Below, in pieces: positions 8,504 to 17,324 of a DNA stretch of 64,000 bases. This stretch comes from Candidatus Woesebacteria bacterium (GTDB lineage Bacteria; Patescibacteriota; Microgenomatia; UBA8517). A model generated the notes under the pieces. It was given only the letters and a program-made list of their open reading frames with translations. It made no database searches and was not told the DNA's origin. The position numbers and the translations under genes were made by a program. Numbering within the stretch: the stretch's first letter is position 1; every line of letters starts with the position of its first letter. The stretch is taken from assembly GCA_963716475.1 (NCBI GenBank), contig OY970314.1, positions 138,479 through 202,478 of the forward strand, written 5' to 3'.

Positions 8504-10341
8504 CAAAAAGAAAAAAGATATTAATCATAGTTGGGGGAGGGACGAAGCACCTTTCTACATTTGGATTGGAGGGTAGAAAACTTGGAATAGATGTAACACT
8601 GGCGTCTTTTTCCGATTTGGAATACGACTTTAAAGGTACCGATAAGGAATTTGCGATTACGGTGAGTGGGAAAGACTTGGCCAATTTCGATGTAATTTAT
8701 TTCAGGTTGGTGGGCAAAAGGTTGGAGGATGCTTCAATTGTTGCAAATTATGCAAAGGGAAAACGAATAAAAATAGTTGACAAAATATACAAAAAATCTC
8801 AATTTATCCGTCTTCCTTTGACTAAGGGTCTGGAAACAAAACTCTTGTTTGAGCAAGGGCTTCCTGTTCCAAGGACATTATTCTTGTCGTTACACGAGAT
8901 GGCAAAAAAAGCTCCGGAGCTGCTTGGTTTCCCGTTTGTTATCAAGGGCACTAACGGTAAACAAGGTCATGCGGTGTGGTTGCCGGAAAGCTTGGGTGAA
9001 TTAAAAAGACTTGTCAAGGATTTGGGCCCTCGCGAAACTTTGGGAGAAAGGTTTCTGGCACAGCAGTTTATAAAAGCTAGTATTAGGATTAGGGTGTTTG
9101 TGATAGGAGGTAAAGCCAGGGCTGCCATCGTGAGACCTACAAGATGGAGAAGCCGATTCGATAGAGGTGAACCTTTAAGATTGAGCTACAAGAAAGTTCC
9201 GTTAAAGTATGCGCAAGTTGCCGAAAAGGCAGCCAAGTCATTGTACATTGATATAGCTGGGGTTGATTTGCTGGAGGATATAGATAAAAAATTATACGTA
9301 CTGGAAGTGAATTCGGCACCGCGTTGGGACTCAATTGAAAAGGATACGGGGTTGAATGTAGAAAGGGAGATTCTCAAGTTTTTAATCACCGTCAAACCTG
9401 AGCGTAAGATATTGATGGATGAGTTTGCCAAAAAGGCTGTTAAGTTTGGATATACCGTCAGAGAGTATCTATCAGATAAAAGAGTTTACGAGGTTTCAAA
9501 AAATGGAAAGATTGCAATAACAATTAGTAAACATTTTCCGCTAAATACAGTCGTAGGGTCTCAACTGGCAAAAAGGAAGAACCTGACAAAACAAATTCTA
9601 AAAAAAGCCGGCATACCGATTCCTAACGGAATTTTAACCGACAACTGGAACGAGGTTTTGCAATCATTAAATACAGGGAAAATCAGTTTTCCTTTAGTTG
9701 CCAAGCCTGATACATCCTCGTTGGGGAAATTTGTCGCTGCAAAAATTGAAGACCCGGCGGATTTAAAAGCAGTTTTCGAAAGAATAAGAAAGAAATTTGG
9801 AACTGTTTTGATAGAGGAATATATTAGTGGGGAAGAATATCGCTTCTTGGTTCTGGATGGTAAAGTCTTGGCCGTTGCCCATAGAATTTTGCCTTTTGTC
9901 ATCAGCGACGGGAAGTCAAAAATTTCGGAGTTAATAGACGGTTATAATAAAGGAAGGATAGAACCTTTGATACTTGGGTATGAGGTGGAGAGAGTCCTTG
10001 GCAAACAGGGATTTGATTACAATAGCATTCCGGAGAGCGGACAAAAAATTCTTCTGAGAAGTAATTCGAATGCCCATACGGGAGGAAAGGTTGAAAATCC
10101 TATCGGTAAAGTTCACTCGAAATATTTTGAGACAGCTATTAAAGCAACGGAAACTTTAGGTTTGAGGTTTTGTGGCGTTGATATTATAACGGAAGATATA
10201 ATGAGTGGAGAGTCCAGATATTTTGTTATCGAGCTTAATGCCGATCCGGGGTATGATTTGCATTGGGAAACTGAAAACGGGGGTAAGTATGATGCTACAG
10301 AAGATATCCTAAATACGTTATTTTCGGACAAATCTGCATAA
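8500..10341 (+). CDS. Tandem ATP-grasp protein: RimK-like N-terminal half plus cyanophycin-synthetase/GshF-like C-terminal half
   Basis: First half: PFVIKG..GKQG, IAGVD, LEVNSAP. Second half: PLVAKP, EEYI.GEEYR, GDG-like SDG, FCGVD, IELNADPG. Confidence 0.8.
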   Translation: MTKRKKILIIVGGGTKHLSTFGLEGRKLGIDVTLASFSDLEYDFKGTDKEFAITVSGKDLANFDVIYFRLVGKRLEDASIVANYAKGKRIKIVDKIYKKSQFIRLPLTKGLETKLLFEQGLPVPRTLFLSLHEMAKKAPELLGFPFVIKGTNGKQGHAVWLPESLGELKRLVKDLGPRETLGERFLAQQFIKASIRIRVFVIGGKARAAIVRPTRWRSRFDRGEPLRLSYKKVPLKYAQVAEKAAKSLYIDIAGVDLLEDIDKKLYVLEVNSAPRWDSIEKDTGLNVEREILKFLITVKPERKILMDEFAKKAVKFGYTVREYLSDKRVYEVSKNGKIAITISKHFPLNTVVGSQLAKRKNLTKQILKKAGIPIPNGILTDNWNEVLQSLNTGKISFPLVAKPDTSSLGKFVAAKIEDPADLKAVFERIRKKFGTVLIEEYISGEEYRFLVLDGKVLAVAHRILPFVISDGKSKISELIDGYNKGRIEPLILGYEVERVLGKQGFDYNSIPESGQKILLRSNSNAHTGGKVENPIGKVHSKYFETAIKATETLGLRFCGVDIITEDIMSGESRYFVIELNADPGYDLHWETENGGKYDATEDILNTLFSDKSA

Positions 10342-10418
10342 TATAGTTACTCTTCATTCTGTGAAAATATTGTAATTTTCACAATCCAAATATAATACGA
10401 AGGATATATTTTATCCAC

Positions 10419-10450
10419 AAAAAATCCGTCACGTTTAAGACGGATTTTTT
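10419..10450. terminator. Bidirectional intrinsic terminator
   Basis: AAAAAATCCGTC-loop-GACGGATTTTTT between convergent genes. Confidence 0.8.
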
Positions 10451-10508
10451 GTTGTAGACCCAAATAAGTTATTTGAATTCTACGGCGTCACCGCCGAGAG
10501 TGAAAGTC

Positions 10509-10922
10509 TTATTTGAGCTCTACAGTTGCTCCAGCTGCTTTCAATTTCTCTGATGCGCTTTTAGCGTCTTCCGCTTTAGCGTCTTTGAGAACTTCAGCCG
10601 GGAGCGTTTCGGTCATTCCTTTCGCATCCATTAAAGTCAGATTGGGATTAATTTCCCTTAAAGCTTTAATAACAGCAATTTTATTTGCACCCGAAACTGT
10701 CATGGTAACTGTTTGGTTAGCACTACCTGCATCAGCTGCTTGGGCTTCCGCCCCTGCCGCCACCGGAGCTGCCACCGCTGCCGCAACGGGCATGGCTCCA
10801 CTAACTCCAAGTTTTTCCTGCAGAGCACTAACTAACTCCGAAAGTTCCAAAACCGAAAGTTTTGCAACTTCCTCAACCATTTTCTCTACTTTTCCCGATA
10901 CTTTTTTTGATTCTTCTGCCAT
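10509..10922 (-). CDS. rplL: 50S ribosomal protein bL12 (L7/L12)
   Basis: LSVLELSELV, Ala-rich hinge, KIAVIKALRE and AAGATVELK. Confidence 0.97.
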   Translation of the reverse strand: MAEESKKVSGKVEKMVEEVAKLSVLELSELVSALQEKLGVSGAMPVAAAVAAPVAAGAEAQAADAGSANQTVTMTVSGANKIAVIKALREINPNLTLMDAKGMTETLPAEVLKDAKAEDAKSASEKLKAAGATVELK

Positions 10923-10941
10923 ATTAATTCACCTCCTGTCC

Positions 10942-11478
10942 TTACTTTTTGCTGGCCTGATCTAAAACATTTACCAGCTTCTGCAAATTTGCATTCAAAG
11001 TTCCGACCAAGCCATACTCGCTGCCCATCAAGGTTCCAAGCAATTGCCCAAGTAGCGCATCGCGTCCGGGGAGTTTGGAAAGTTTAACCAAAGAAATCTC
11101 GTCCTGGAAAGATCCTTCGACGATGCCGACTTTAAATTTAGGTACAGGCAAGCCGGCTTCACTGACAAACTCACCTGCAAACTTACCCAAAACCTGAATA
11201 GGGGCAATAGGGTCTTCACTTGCAATTATCAAGGCGGTTTGACCGGCAAGTATAGAATCGGTTAAAAGCGCCTTATCAATTCCTACAGATTCTCCGGCAC
11301 GTTTAAGAAGCGTGTTTTTAACGACTATCATTTTTCCACCAACGGCAGAAAGACGTCCTTTTAATTCCTGCTGAGCTTTAACTCCAAGTCCTGAATAATT
11401 AACCAAAGTTACAGACTTGGCACCTTTCAGCTCATCTTTTAAATTGTCTACAAATATTACTTTTTCTGCTTTTAGCAT
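10942..11478 (-). CDS. rplJ: 50S ribosomal protein uL10
   Basis: VVKNTL and LSKLP.R..LLGQL motifs; directly upstream of rplL. Confidence 0.95.
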   Translation of the reverse strand: MLKAEKVIFVDNLKDELKGAKSVTLVNYSGLGVKAQQELKGRLSAVGGKMIVVKNTLLKRAGESVGIDKALLTDSILAGQTALIIASEDPIAPIQVLGKFAGEFVSEAGLPVPKFKVGIVEGSFQDEISLVKLSKLPGRDALLGQLLGTLMGSEYGLVGTLNANLQKLVNVLDQASKK

Positions 11479-11494
11479 TTATTGATTTAAGTCC

Positions 11495-11580
11495 AAAAAA
11501 AACGCGCCCCGAGGGCGCTTTTGAACTTAAAGCGGTGTTTCCTCGGTACGACTTAATTTTACGCGTACTTTCTTAGGACA
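11495..11580 (-). promoter_or_regulatory. L10 leader (autogenous control) with attenuator hairpin
   Basis: CCTAAGAAAGTACG..TTAA..CGTACCGAGG resembles the L10-leader core. It is followed by GCGCCCTCGGGGCGCG-T8, with a TTGACT-17-TATCAT promoter at 11586-11614. Confidence 0.75.
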
Positions 11581-11610
11581 AGGGAATGATAACTTATTCT
11601 GCCGGTGAAG

Positions 11611-11928
11611 TCAATCTGTTTTTGGAAGAAGGGGTGTGTGTCTGCCGGTTCTTCTTTCGATCCTTCTTTTCATACGAGATTCTCTTTCCTTGGCTTCGCC
11701 GTTTAGAAATTTCTTGTCCTCGGCCACGGTACTCGTACTGGAAATATTTGTATTGTCGGATTGAGGCGTTTTGGACCAATCAGCCAGAGTGGTCGGCTGT
11801 GAGGGCGTATTTACATGACTTAGAACTTTATCAAGTATTACGCCGTAATCATACTCGTCTCCCTTTTCAGAACTTTCTTTAGAGGTTTTATCTTCGTCAG
11901 AGCCGGTAATAAGATTCTCGGATGACAT
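11611..11928 (-). CDS. Hypothetical hydrophilic protein between rplA and rplJ
   Basis: 105 aa ORF with an upstream TGcTAGCAT extended -10; no recognised family. Confidence 0.5.
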   Translation of the reverse strand: MSSENLITGSDEDKTSKESSEKGDEYDYGVILDKVLSHVNTPSQPTTLADWSKTPQSDNTNISSTSTVAEDKKFLNGEAKERESRMKRRIERRTGRHTPLLPKTD

Positions 11929-11963
11929 AGGCGGTCAAATGCTAGCAGAAGAGTGCTTTAAAA

Positions 11964-12758
11964 TCAAACCTTAATCTTTACAGAGGGCCCCATAGTAGCT
12001 TTGATATAGGCTTTATCAATCTGTTTAGCTCTGCCAAAGGCCTTAAAAATCGTTTCTATGTTTTCTGCCAGTTCTTTACCGTCCTGGCTGACTTTGCCGA
12101 CTACGGTATGAATTAGAGGAGCTTCTTTCTCTGTTTTGAGAACTACGGAGCCGGTCGAAAAACCTTGTGCCTTTTTTGCATCAGGTACTAAAGTGCCGTT
12201 TTTAGGATTTGGCATTAGTCCCTTGGGTCCCAAAAGTCTTGCAAAAGGAACAAGCTTTGGCATCATTTCAGTGGTTGCCACCAAAATATCAAAGTCGATT
12301 TTACCGTTTTTAAGTTTTTCAACTGTTTCATCTGTCGCAACTTCAACCTTTTTGGTTTTGCCTGCCTGGTGGGGAAGAGCTACTTGTGCTGAAATACCGG
12401 CCTTTTTAACAATCATATGCAGTTCAACCGTTCCATCAAATTTAGAATAGGAAGTCTCTTTGACAAGTTTAATTGCATCCGTTACAGAATAGACTTTTAT
12501 ATTGTCAAACTTTTTTTTGGATTCTACGTATTTTTTCCCCCTTACCTTTTCGACAATCTTTTTTCCACTGACTTTTTTACCCTCGTCACCTTTGGTTTCG
12601 GTTTCTGTCTCGGTAGGTACCTCGGCCTCAACCATCTTCACTCTTTGGCCACCCTTAAGACCGGCCAAATGAACTTTTTCAGCCTCTGCTTTATGAGCCT
12701 TTTCGCTTTTTTCTTTGTTTTTGTTTTCACCCACCTGGGCGGTTTTCATTTTCCCCAT
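11964..12758 (-). CDS. rplA: 50S ribosomal protein uL1 with a long charged N-terminal extension
   Basis: KFDGTVE, LGPKGLMPNPK.GT, IHTVVGK and TMGPS motifs. Confidence 0.95.
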   Translation of the reverse strand: MGKMKTAQVGENKNKEKSEKAHKAEAEKVHLAGLKGGQRVKMVEAEVPTETETETKGDEGKKVSGKKIVEKVRGKKYVESKKKFDNIKVYSVTDAIKLVKETSYSKFDGTVELHMIVKKAGISAQVALPHQAGKTKKVEVATDETVEKLKNGKIDFDILVATTEMMPKLVPFARLLGPKGLMPNPKNGTLVPDAKKAQGFSTGSVVLKTEKEAPLIHTVVGKVSQDGKELAENIETIFKAFGRAKQIDKAYIKATMGPSVKIKV

Positions 12759-12761
12759 AAA

Positions 12762-13184
12762 TTAATCTATTGTTACCCCCATACTTCTTGCTGTTCCCTC
12801 CACGATCTTCATAGCGGCATCGATATTTTTTGTGTTAAGGTCAGCCATTTTTTCCTCTGCGATTTTCCTTACTTGCTCCTTAGTCAAAGTTCCTGCAGGT
12901 TCTCTTGGGGCTTTGCCTGATCCTTTTTCGATACCGAGAGCTTTCTTGATCATATCGGAAACGGGAGCTTTTTTAATAACAAAAGTGAAGGATCTGTCTT
13001 CAAAAATGGTGATAACAGCAGGAACAACCTCGCCCTTCATGTCTTTGGTCTTTTCGTTATATTGCTTAACGAAGTCCATAATGGCAACACCATGTTGTCC
13101 CAAGGCTGTTCCCACGGGAGGAGCGGGAGTTGCCACCCCAGCCTGTAAATTGATTTTGACTACCGTTTTAACCTTTTTTGCCAT
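12762..13184 (-). CDS. rplK: 50S ribosomal protein uL11
   Basis: [11 protein letters not shown] and GTARSMG motifs. Confidence 0.98.
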   Translation of the reverse strand: MAKKVKTVVKINLQAGVATPAPPVGTALGQHGVAIMDFVKQYNEKTKDMKGEVVPAVITIFEDRSFTFVIKKAPVSDMIKKALGIEKGSGKAPREPAGTLTKEQVRKIAEEKMADLNTKNIDAAMKIVEGTARSMGVTID

Positions 13185-13274
13185 TTATATTTCGGAAGAG
13201 GGTTTTACCCCCTTCCGCCTTTCCCCAAAACAGGGAGTCGACAAACAATCAAACGCAAAGGGAACCCTTTTTTA

Positions 13275-13298
13275 GAAGTTTCGACTTGCGTCTCCCTC
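13275..13298 (-). promoter_or_regulatory. Putative uL1-binding autoregulatory RNA site in the rplK leader
   Basis: GAGG-GAG-AC-GCAA-GU-CGAAA-CUUC mimics the GGAG/CGAAAC asymmetric loop of L1-binding sites. Confidence 0.65.
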
Positions 13299-13320
13299 AG
13301 ATAAATCCGAGGTATTGGTA

Positions 13321-13932
13321 TTATACCTTTTGAATTTGTAAGAAATCAAGTTCGACAGGGGTTTCCCTGCCGAAGATTGATACCAAAACCTTAACCTTTC
13401 CTTTTTCCTCGTCCATTTCATGAATTGTTCCCAAAAAATCAGAGAAAGGTCCGTCTGTGATTTTAATAGCTTCTCCAACGGAAAACTTGGTCTTGAACCT
13501 CGGAGCGGGGGAACTTACGAATTTTTGAATGTTTGCAACTTCTGCCTCAGATAGGGGGGTGGGGTTATTACCCGCGCCTACAAATCCGGTAATTCCAGCA
13601 GTTGTTCTTACCGCGAGCCAAGTCGGATCATCCAAAATCATTTTAATTAAAAGATACCCGGGGAAAATTTTTTCCTTGATTGTGGCCTTTTTGCCGCTTC
13701 TGATGATAACTCTGTCTTGGGTTGGAACGAGCATTTCGAAAACTCTACCCACAAGATTCATTGTCTCAACCCTCTGACGCAAGGTTTCCATAACACGAAC
13801 TTCGTGCCCTGAGGAGGTGTGGACCACATACCACTTGGCCTTCGGATCGGTGGTTGCGGCAATAATCATATGTCCCGGGATTTTTTTATTGCCGGTTCCA
13901 CGCTCTGATACTTGTATGGTGTCTTCGCTCAT
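13321..13932 (-). CDS. nusG: Transcription termination/antitermination factor NusG
   Basis: WYVVHT.SG.E, FPGY, KOW motif GPF and IFGRETPVEL. Confidence 0.97.
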   Translation of the reverse strand: MSEDTIQVSERGTGNKKIPGHMIIAATTDPKAKWYVVHTSSGHEVRVMETLRQRVETMNLVGRVFEMLVPTQDRVIIRSGKKATIKEKIFPGYLLIKMILDDPTWLAVRTTAGITGFVGAGNNPTPLSEAEVANIQKFVSSPAPRFKTKFSVGEAIKITDGPFSDFLGTIHEMDEEKGKVKVLVSIFGRETPVELDFLQIQKV

Positions 13933-13942
13933 GTTCTAAAAA

Positions 13943-14128
13943 TTATTTGGTTATTACCAGGGTTAAAATTCTGGTAAATAGGTAATCAAGACCACCGACA
14001 TAAAGCCCGATGGCCCCCGATATCAAAAAGACGATTAAGGTTAGCCTTACAATCTCGTTCCTTTTGGGCCAGGTAACCTTGGAAAGCTCGCTTCTTACTT
14101 CGGAAAAGAAAGTAATGACAGATTTCAT
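13943..14128 (-). CDS. secE: Preprotein translocase subunit SecE
   Basis: ELSKVTWP plus a single TM; upstream of nusG. Confidence 0.95.
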   Translation of the reverse strand: MKSVITFFSEVRSELSKVTWPKRNEIVRLTLIVFLISGAIGLYVGGLDYLFTRILTLVITK

Positions 14129-14206
14129 CTAGGCGTAAATTGTAACAGATATTTAGCCCATAGACAAGGCATGGATTTTGTCGGCTGTGGTATCATATTT
14201 GCACAA

Positions 14207-15484
14207 ATGCCAAACATAGAACGAAAACATGTTCCGGAGATTCCGGGAGTGAAAAAGGGTGGAGAATTTTTTAAGGGAAAGTCCCCAGAGATAGCGGGGC
14301 AGGAATTGGCTTCCCGAAGACGGCTGGAATTTGGTGAAACACCACTCGACCTTTGCTTTGTCGACAATTTTAAAGCGGAATATCTGAATATGCCTGTATT
14401 AGGCAGGGGCGAGGAACCGCTTACAAAAGCAAATTTTTGGGAACCCAGAGTCCACAGGGTTAACGGAAGTGTGATTACTTGGCGTTGGGAAAAGCGAGAT
14501 TCCGAGAGGCGCGATTTTTCCGGTTATACGGCATTCGCTGGTAACAAGATTGATTCAAAATTTAAATATTCGGAAATTCCGGTTAGTTGGAAAGTTGCCG
14601 TACTTGTTCCTCAGGTAGTCAAAGACGGAATTGAGGCTGCCATGCGTCAACAAGACGAGATTGCCCATGACTACCGTGCAGGTGTCGGCCCCGAAGCGGA
14701 TCGCGTAGACGAGACTTTTGATCTACTTTTTAACATAAGTGCTGTTTTTGCTGCCGGAGAAATCGAAGATCAATCAAAGTTAAACCTAAAAGCACGAGAG
14801 GCGGAATCCGTTTTAAGAGACAACGGTTTATTGGAAAGCAAAGATGAGATATGGAGACGTATTGTCAATTTTACACTTGATGCTACAAAAGAGGATCGTA
14901 TGGGTAGGATAAACCCCCTTGTATCACGTGTCCGGACGAGAGCAGCTTTTCTGGCCGCAACCGAAAGAGAAATGATCGGGAGGAGTGTTGGAACCAAAGC
15001 CGAGAAAGTATACCAACATCTGGCAATAATTAGATCCGGAATACGGGCGAAAATGCAAATGGCCGTAGATACCCTTGATGATATCTATGGTCTAACAAGA
15101 AGAAGAGTCGCTAAAGATATTGCCATGCGGGAGAGAAAAATTACCTGTTCAACCGAAGAGTCTTTAGATCTGGAACAATATGCGTTGACAGTTGCAAATG
15201 AAGTTTTACGAGGAATCCAACCCGCACCATATTTAGTTCCGGTTACAGCGGCCAGAATTATCCTGGCGGGAGAAAAGGCATATAAAAATGGGCAGGAGGA
15301 AATTACTGTTAGGCGGATTCTGGGGGGGAATGATTATATTAAATTTTTAAACGACTCGGCAGCCAGACAGGCGAGAGAACGTAAACCATTAGTTGTCGAA
15401 CCAAGGGTACGTCTTGCCCATGACATTCTTAAACAAAGTCTTAACGATCCGAGAACAACAGATTTAAAAGTTTTTGATAGATGA
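14207..15484 (+). CDS. Hypothetical protein (~425 aa, largely helical)
   Basis: Long ORF with no recognised motif; its stop overlaps the rnhB start. Confidence 0.75.
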   Translation: MPNIERKHVPEIPGVKKGGEFFKGKSPEIAGQELASRRRLEFGETPLDLCFVDNFKAEYLNMPVLGRGEEPLTKANFWEPRVHRVNGSVITWRWEKRDSERRDFSGYTAFAGNKIDSKFKYSEIPVSWKVAVLVPQVVKDGIEAAMRQQDEIAHDYRAGVGPEADRVDETFDLLFNISAVFAAGEIEDQSKLNLKAREAESVLRDNGLLESKDEIWRRIVNFTLDATKEDRMGRINPLVSRVRTRAAFLAATEREMIGRSVGTKAEKVYQHLAIIRSGIRAKMQMAVDTLDDIYGLTRRRVAKDIAMRERKITCSTEESLDLEQYALTVANEVLRGIQPAPYLVPVTAARIILAGEKAYKNGQEEITVRRILGGNDYIKFLNDSAARQARERKPLVVEPRVRLAHDILKQSLNDPRTTDLKVFDR

Positions 15485-16146
15485 TGACTTACCCCGATTT
15501 TATTTACGAAAACCGTCTTCGGAAGCAAGGTTATAAATTTATTGCAGGAGTGGATGAAGTGGGGAGAGGTTGTTTCGCAGGACCTGTTGTGGCTGGCTGT
15601 GTGATTTTTCCGTCGGATTCCAAATTCCGAATACCGGATCCTGCTTTGATCAATGATTCAAAGAAGCTTACTTCGAGACGAAGGGTAATTGCTGATAAGT
15701 GGATTAGGAAAAACGCTGCCGCTTTTGGAATAGGTCAAGCAAGTGTTAGTCAAATAAACAGGCTGGGTATTAAAAAGGCTAGCGAGATTGCTTTTCGGAA
15801 AGCAATAAAAAACACCGGTGTCGAAATAAATTATCTTTTAATTGATGCTTTCTATATCCCGTACGTTAAAGATCTTAGACGGAAAAACCAAAAGCCGATT
15901 GTTAAAGGGGATACAAAGTCAGTTTCAATTGCGGCTGCGTCGATTATAGCCAAGGTCTATAGGGACGATTTAATGACAAGGTTGGGTCGGCAATCTAAAT
16001 TCAGGAAATATAGATGGGGTAAAAACAAAGGCTATGGTACATTGGAACACAGGGTTGCCATCAAAAAATACGGGTCGACTCGCCAGCACAGAAAACAGTT
16101 TGTGGATACTTGGATTAGAAATTTCTCTTCTTCTCAAGCTCGATAG
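15481..16146 (+). CDS. rnhB: Ribonuclease HII
   Basis: GVDEVGRG..AGP, DSKKL, KGD..S.SIAAASI.AKV.RD and NKGYGT..H. Confidence 0.96.
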   Translation: MMTYPDFIYENRLRKQGYKFIAGVDEVGRGCFAGPVVAGCVIFPSDSKFRIPDPALINDSKKLTSRRRVIADKWIRKNAAAFGIGQASVSQINRLGIKKASEIAFRKAIKNTGVEINYLLIDAFYIPYVKDLRRKNQKPIVKGDTKSVSIAAASIIAKVYRDDLMTRLGRQSKFRKYRWGKNKGYGTLEHRVAIKKYGSTRQHRKQFVDTWIRNFSSSQAR

Positions 16147-16309
16147 AGTGGGCGATGCGGTATTTGGCTTCTTTTCTTTTTTCTGCGGGCTTTTTGTAGT
16201 GCTCGCGGTCTCTATATTCCTGCATAACGCCCTCCACGATGGTTTTTTTACGAAACCTCGCGATTAATTTGTCTTCGGATTCTCCTTTTTTCTTTCTTAA
16301 TATAAACAT
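16115..16309 (-). CDS. rpsU: 30S ribosomal protein bS21
   Basis: GES.DKLIARFRKK...YKKPAEKR, with a GGAGG SD upstream. Confidence 0.9.
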   Translation of the reverse strand: MFILRKKKGESEDKLIARFRKKTIVEGVMQEYRDREHYKKPAEKRKEAKYRIAHSIELEKKRNF

Positions 16310-16377
16310 TAGTAATAAGTCGCCTCCTTTCCGCTTGCAGCGCTATTTTACCAATATTGTCCAACTAAATGAAGTAC

Positions 16378-17313
16378 CTACTTGCTTCTCCAGAAGTCTA
16401 AAGTGTCTTTAAGAGTGGTTTCCAAGGGGATTTTTGGCTCCCAACCTGTTAATTTTACAAACTTTTGGTTATTTCCGACATAAACGGGGGTATCCGAGGC
16501 GCGCAGTTTTGAAGGATCCTCTTTAACGGTTAACTTTTTATCGGATAACATAAGTAAGATTTCAAGGATTTCTTTAATCTTGACTCCCTTACCTGAACAA
16601 ATATTGTAGCTGTCACCGGGAGTCCAGTTTTTATCGATGATGGATTTATAAGCGGCTACAACATCACGGACATCAAGGTAATCGCGGATAGGCTCCAAGT
16701 TTCCAACCATAAGAACGTTGCTTTTTGGGTTCTTTTCCAATTCTGCTACCTGGGAGGCAAAATCCGGTACCACAAAACCCTTTCCCTGGCCGGGACCTGT
16801 GTGGGTGAAAGGTCTAAGTATCAAAATATTCAATTTTTCGCTTTGCGTAAAACTATAGCTAAGCCGGTCGCTTGCTGCCTTACTGGCCGAATAGAACTTG
16901 GTGGGGAAAAGCGGGGAGTCCTCGGTTATGTTTTTCGGGTCGGTGGTATTGCCATAAACTTCTGAAGAACTAATAAAGAAAATTTTAGGATTATAATCTG
17001 AATTCTGACGGACCCCCAGCACAGTTTCGTAAAGATTTATCGTCCCGAGCATATTTATTTTGAACACCTCCTCAACGTTTCTGTCCCATGTTTGGCTTTT
17101 TGCCGCCAGGTGGAAAACAACTTCGGGTTTTTCCTTTGAGATTAGATCAGCCAAAAACTTTTTGTCCAAAATATCACCGGGGAAATAATCTATTTTGGGG
17201 TTTGGGTTAACTCCGGTAACATCAGTTCCGGTAATCTGATATTTCTCAAGTAGTGTTTCGGTAAGATAATGTCCTACGAAGCCAGCCGCACCGGTAATTA
17301 AAACTTTTTGCAT
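16378..17313 (-). CDS. GDP-4-keto-6-deoxy-sugar reductase (RMD-like SDR)
   Basis: ITGAAGFVG, YSASK, RPFTHTGPGQ and RDYLDVRD; directly downstream of gmd. Confidence 0.8.
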   Translation of the reverse strand: MQKVLITGAAGFVGHYLTETLLEKYQITGTDVTGVNPNPKIDYFPGDILDKKFLADLISKEKPEVVFHLAAKSQTWDRNVEEVFKINMLGTINLYETVLGVRQNSDYNPKIFFISSSEVYGNTTDPKNITEDSPLFPTKFYSASKAASDRLSYSFTQSEKLNILILRPFTHTGPGQGKGFVVPDFASQVAELEKNPKSNVLMVGNLEPIRDYLDVRDVVAAYKSIIDKNWTPGDSYNICSGKGVKIKEILEILLMLSDKKLTVKEDPSKLRASDTPVYVGNNQKFVKLTGWEPKIPLETTLKDTLDFWRSK

Positions 17314-17324
17314 TAGGAAGATAC

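Noticed and set aside
10360-10419. Perfect DnaA box TTATCCACA (10411-10419) and the inverted repeat TGTGAAAAT..ATTTTCACA as a possible oriC
   Set aside because: Only one perfect box, between convergent genes, with no dnaA/dnaN nearby and no box cluster. Skew could not be computed.
11140-11170. Apparent short insertion (VSEAGLP) in uL10, possibly repeat-derived
   Set aside because: No second copy was found in the window, and an alignment would be needed to show it is an insertion.
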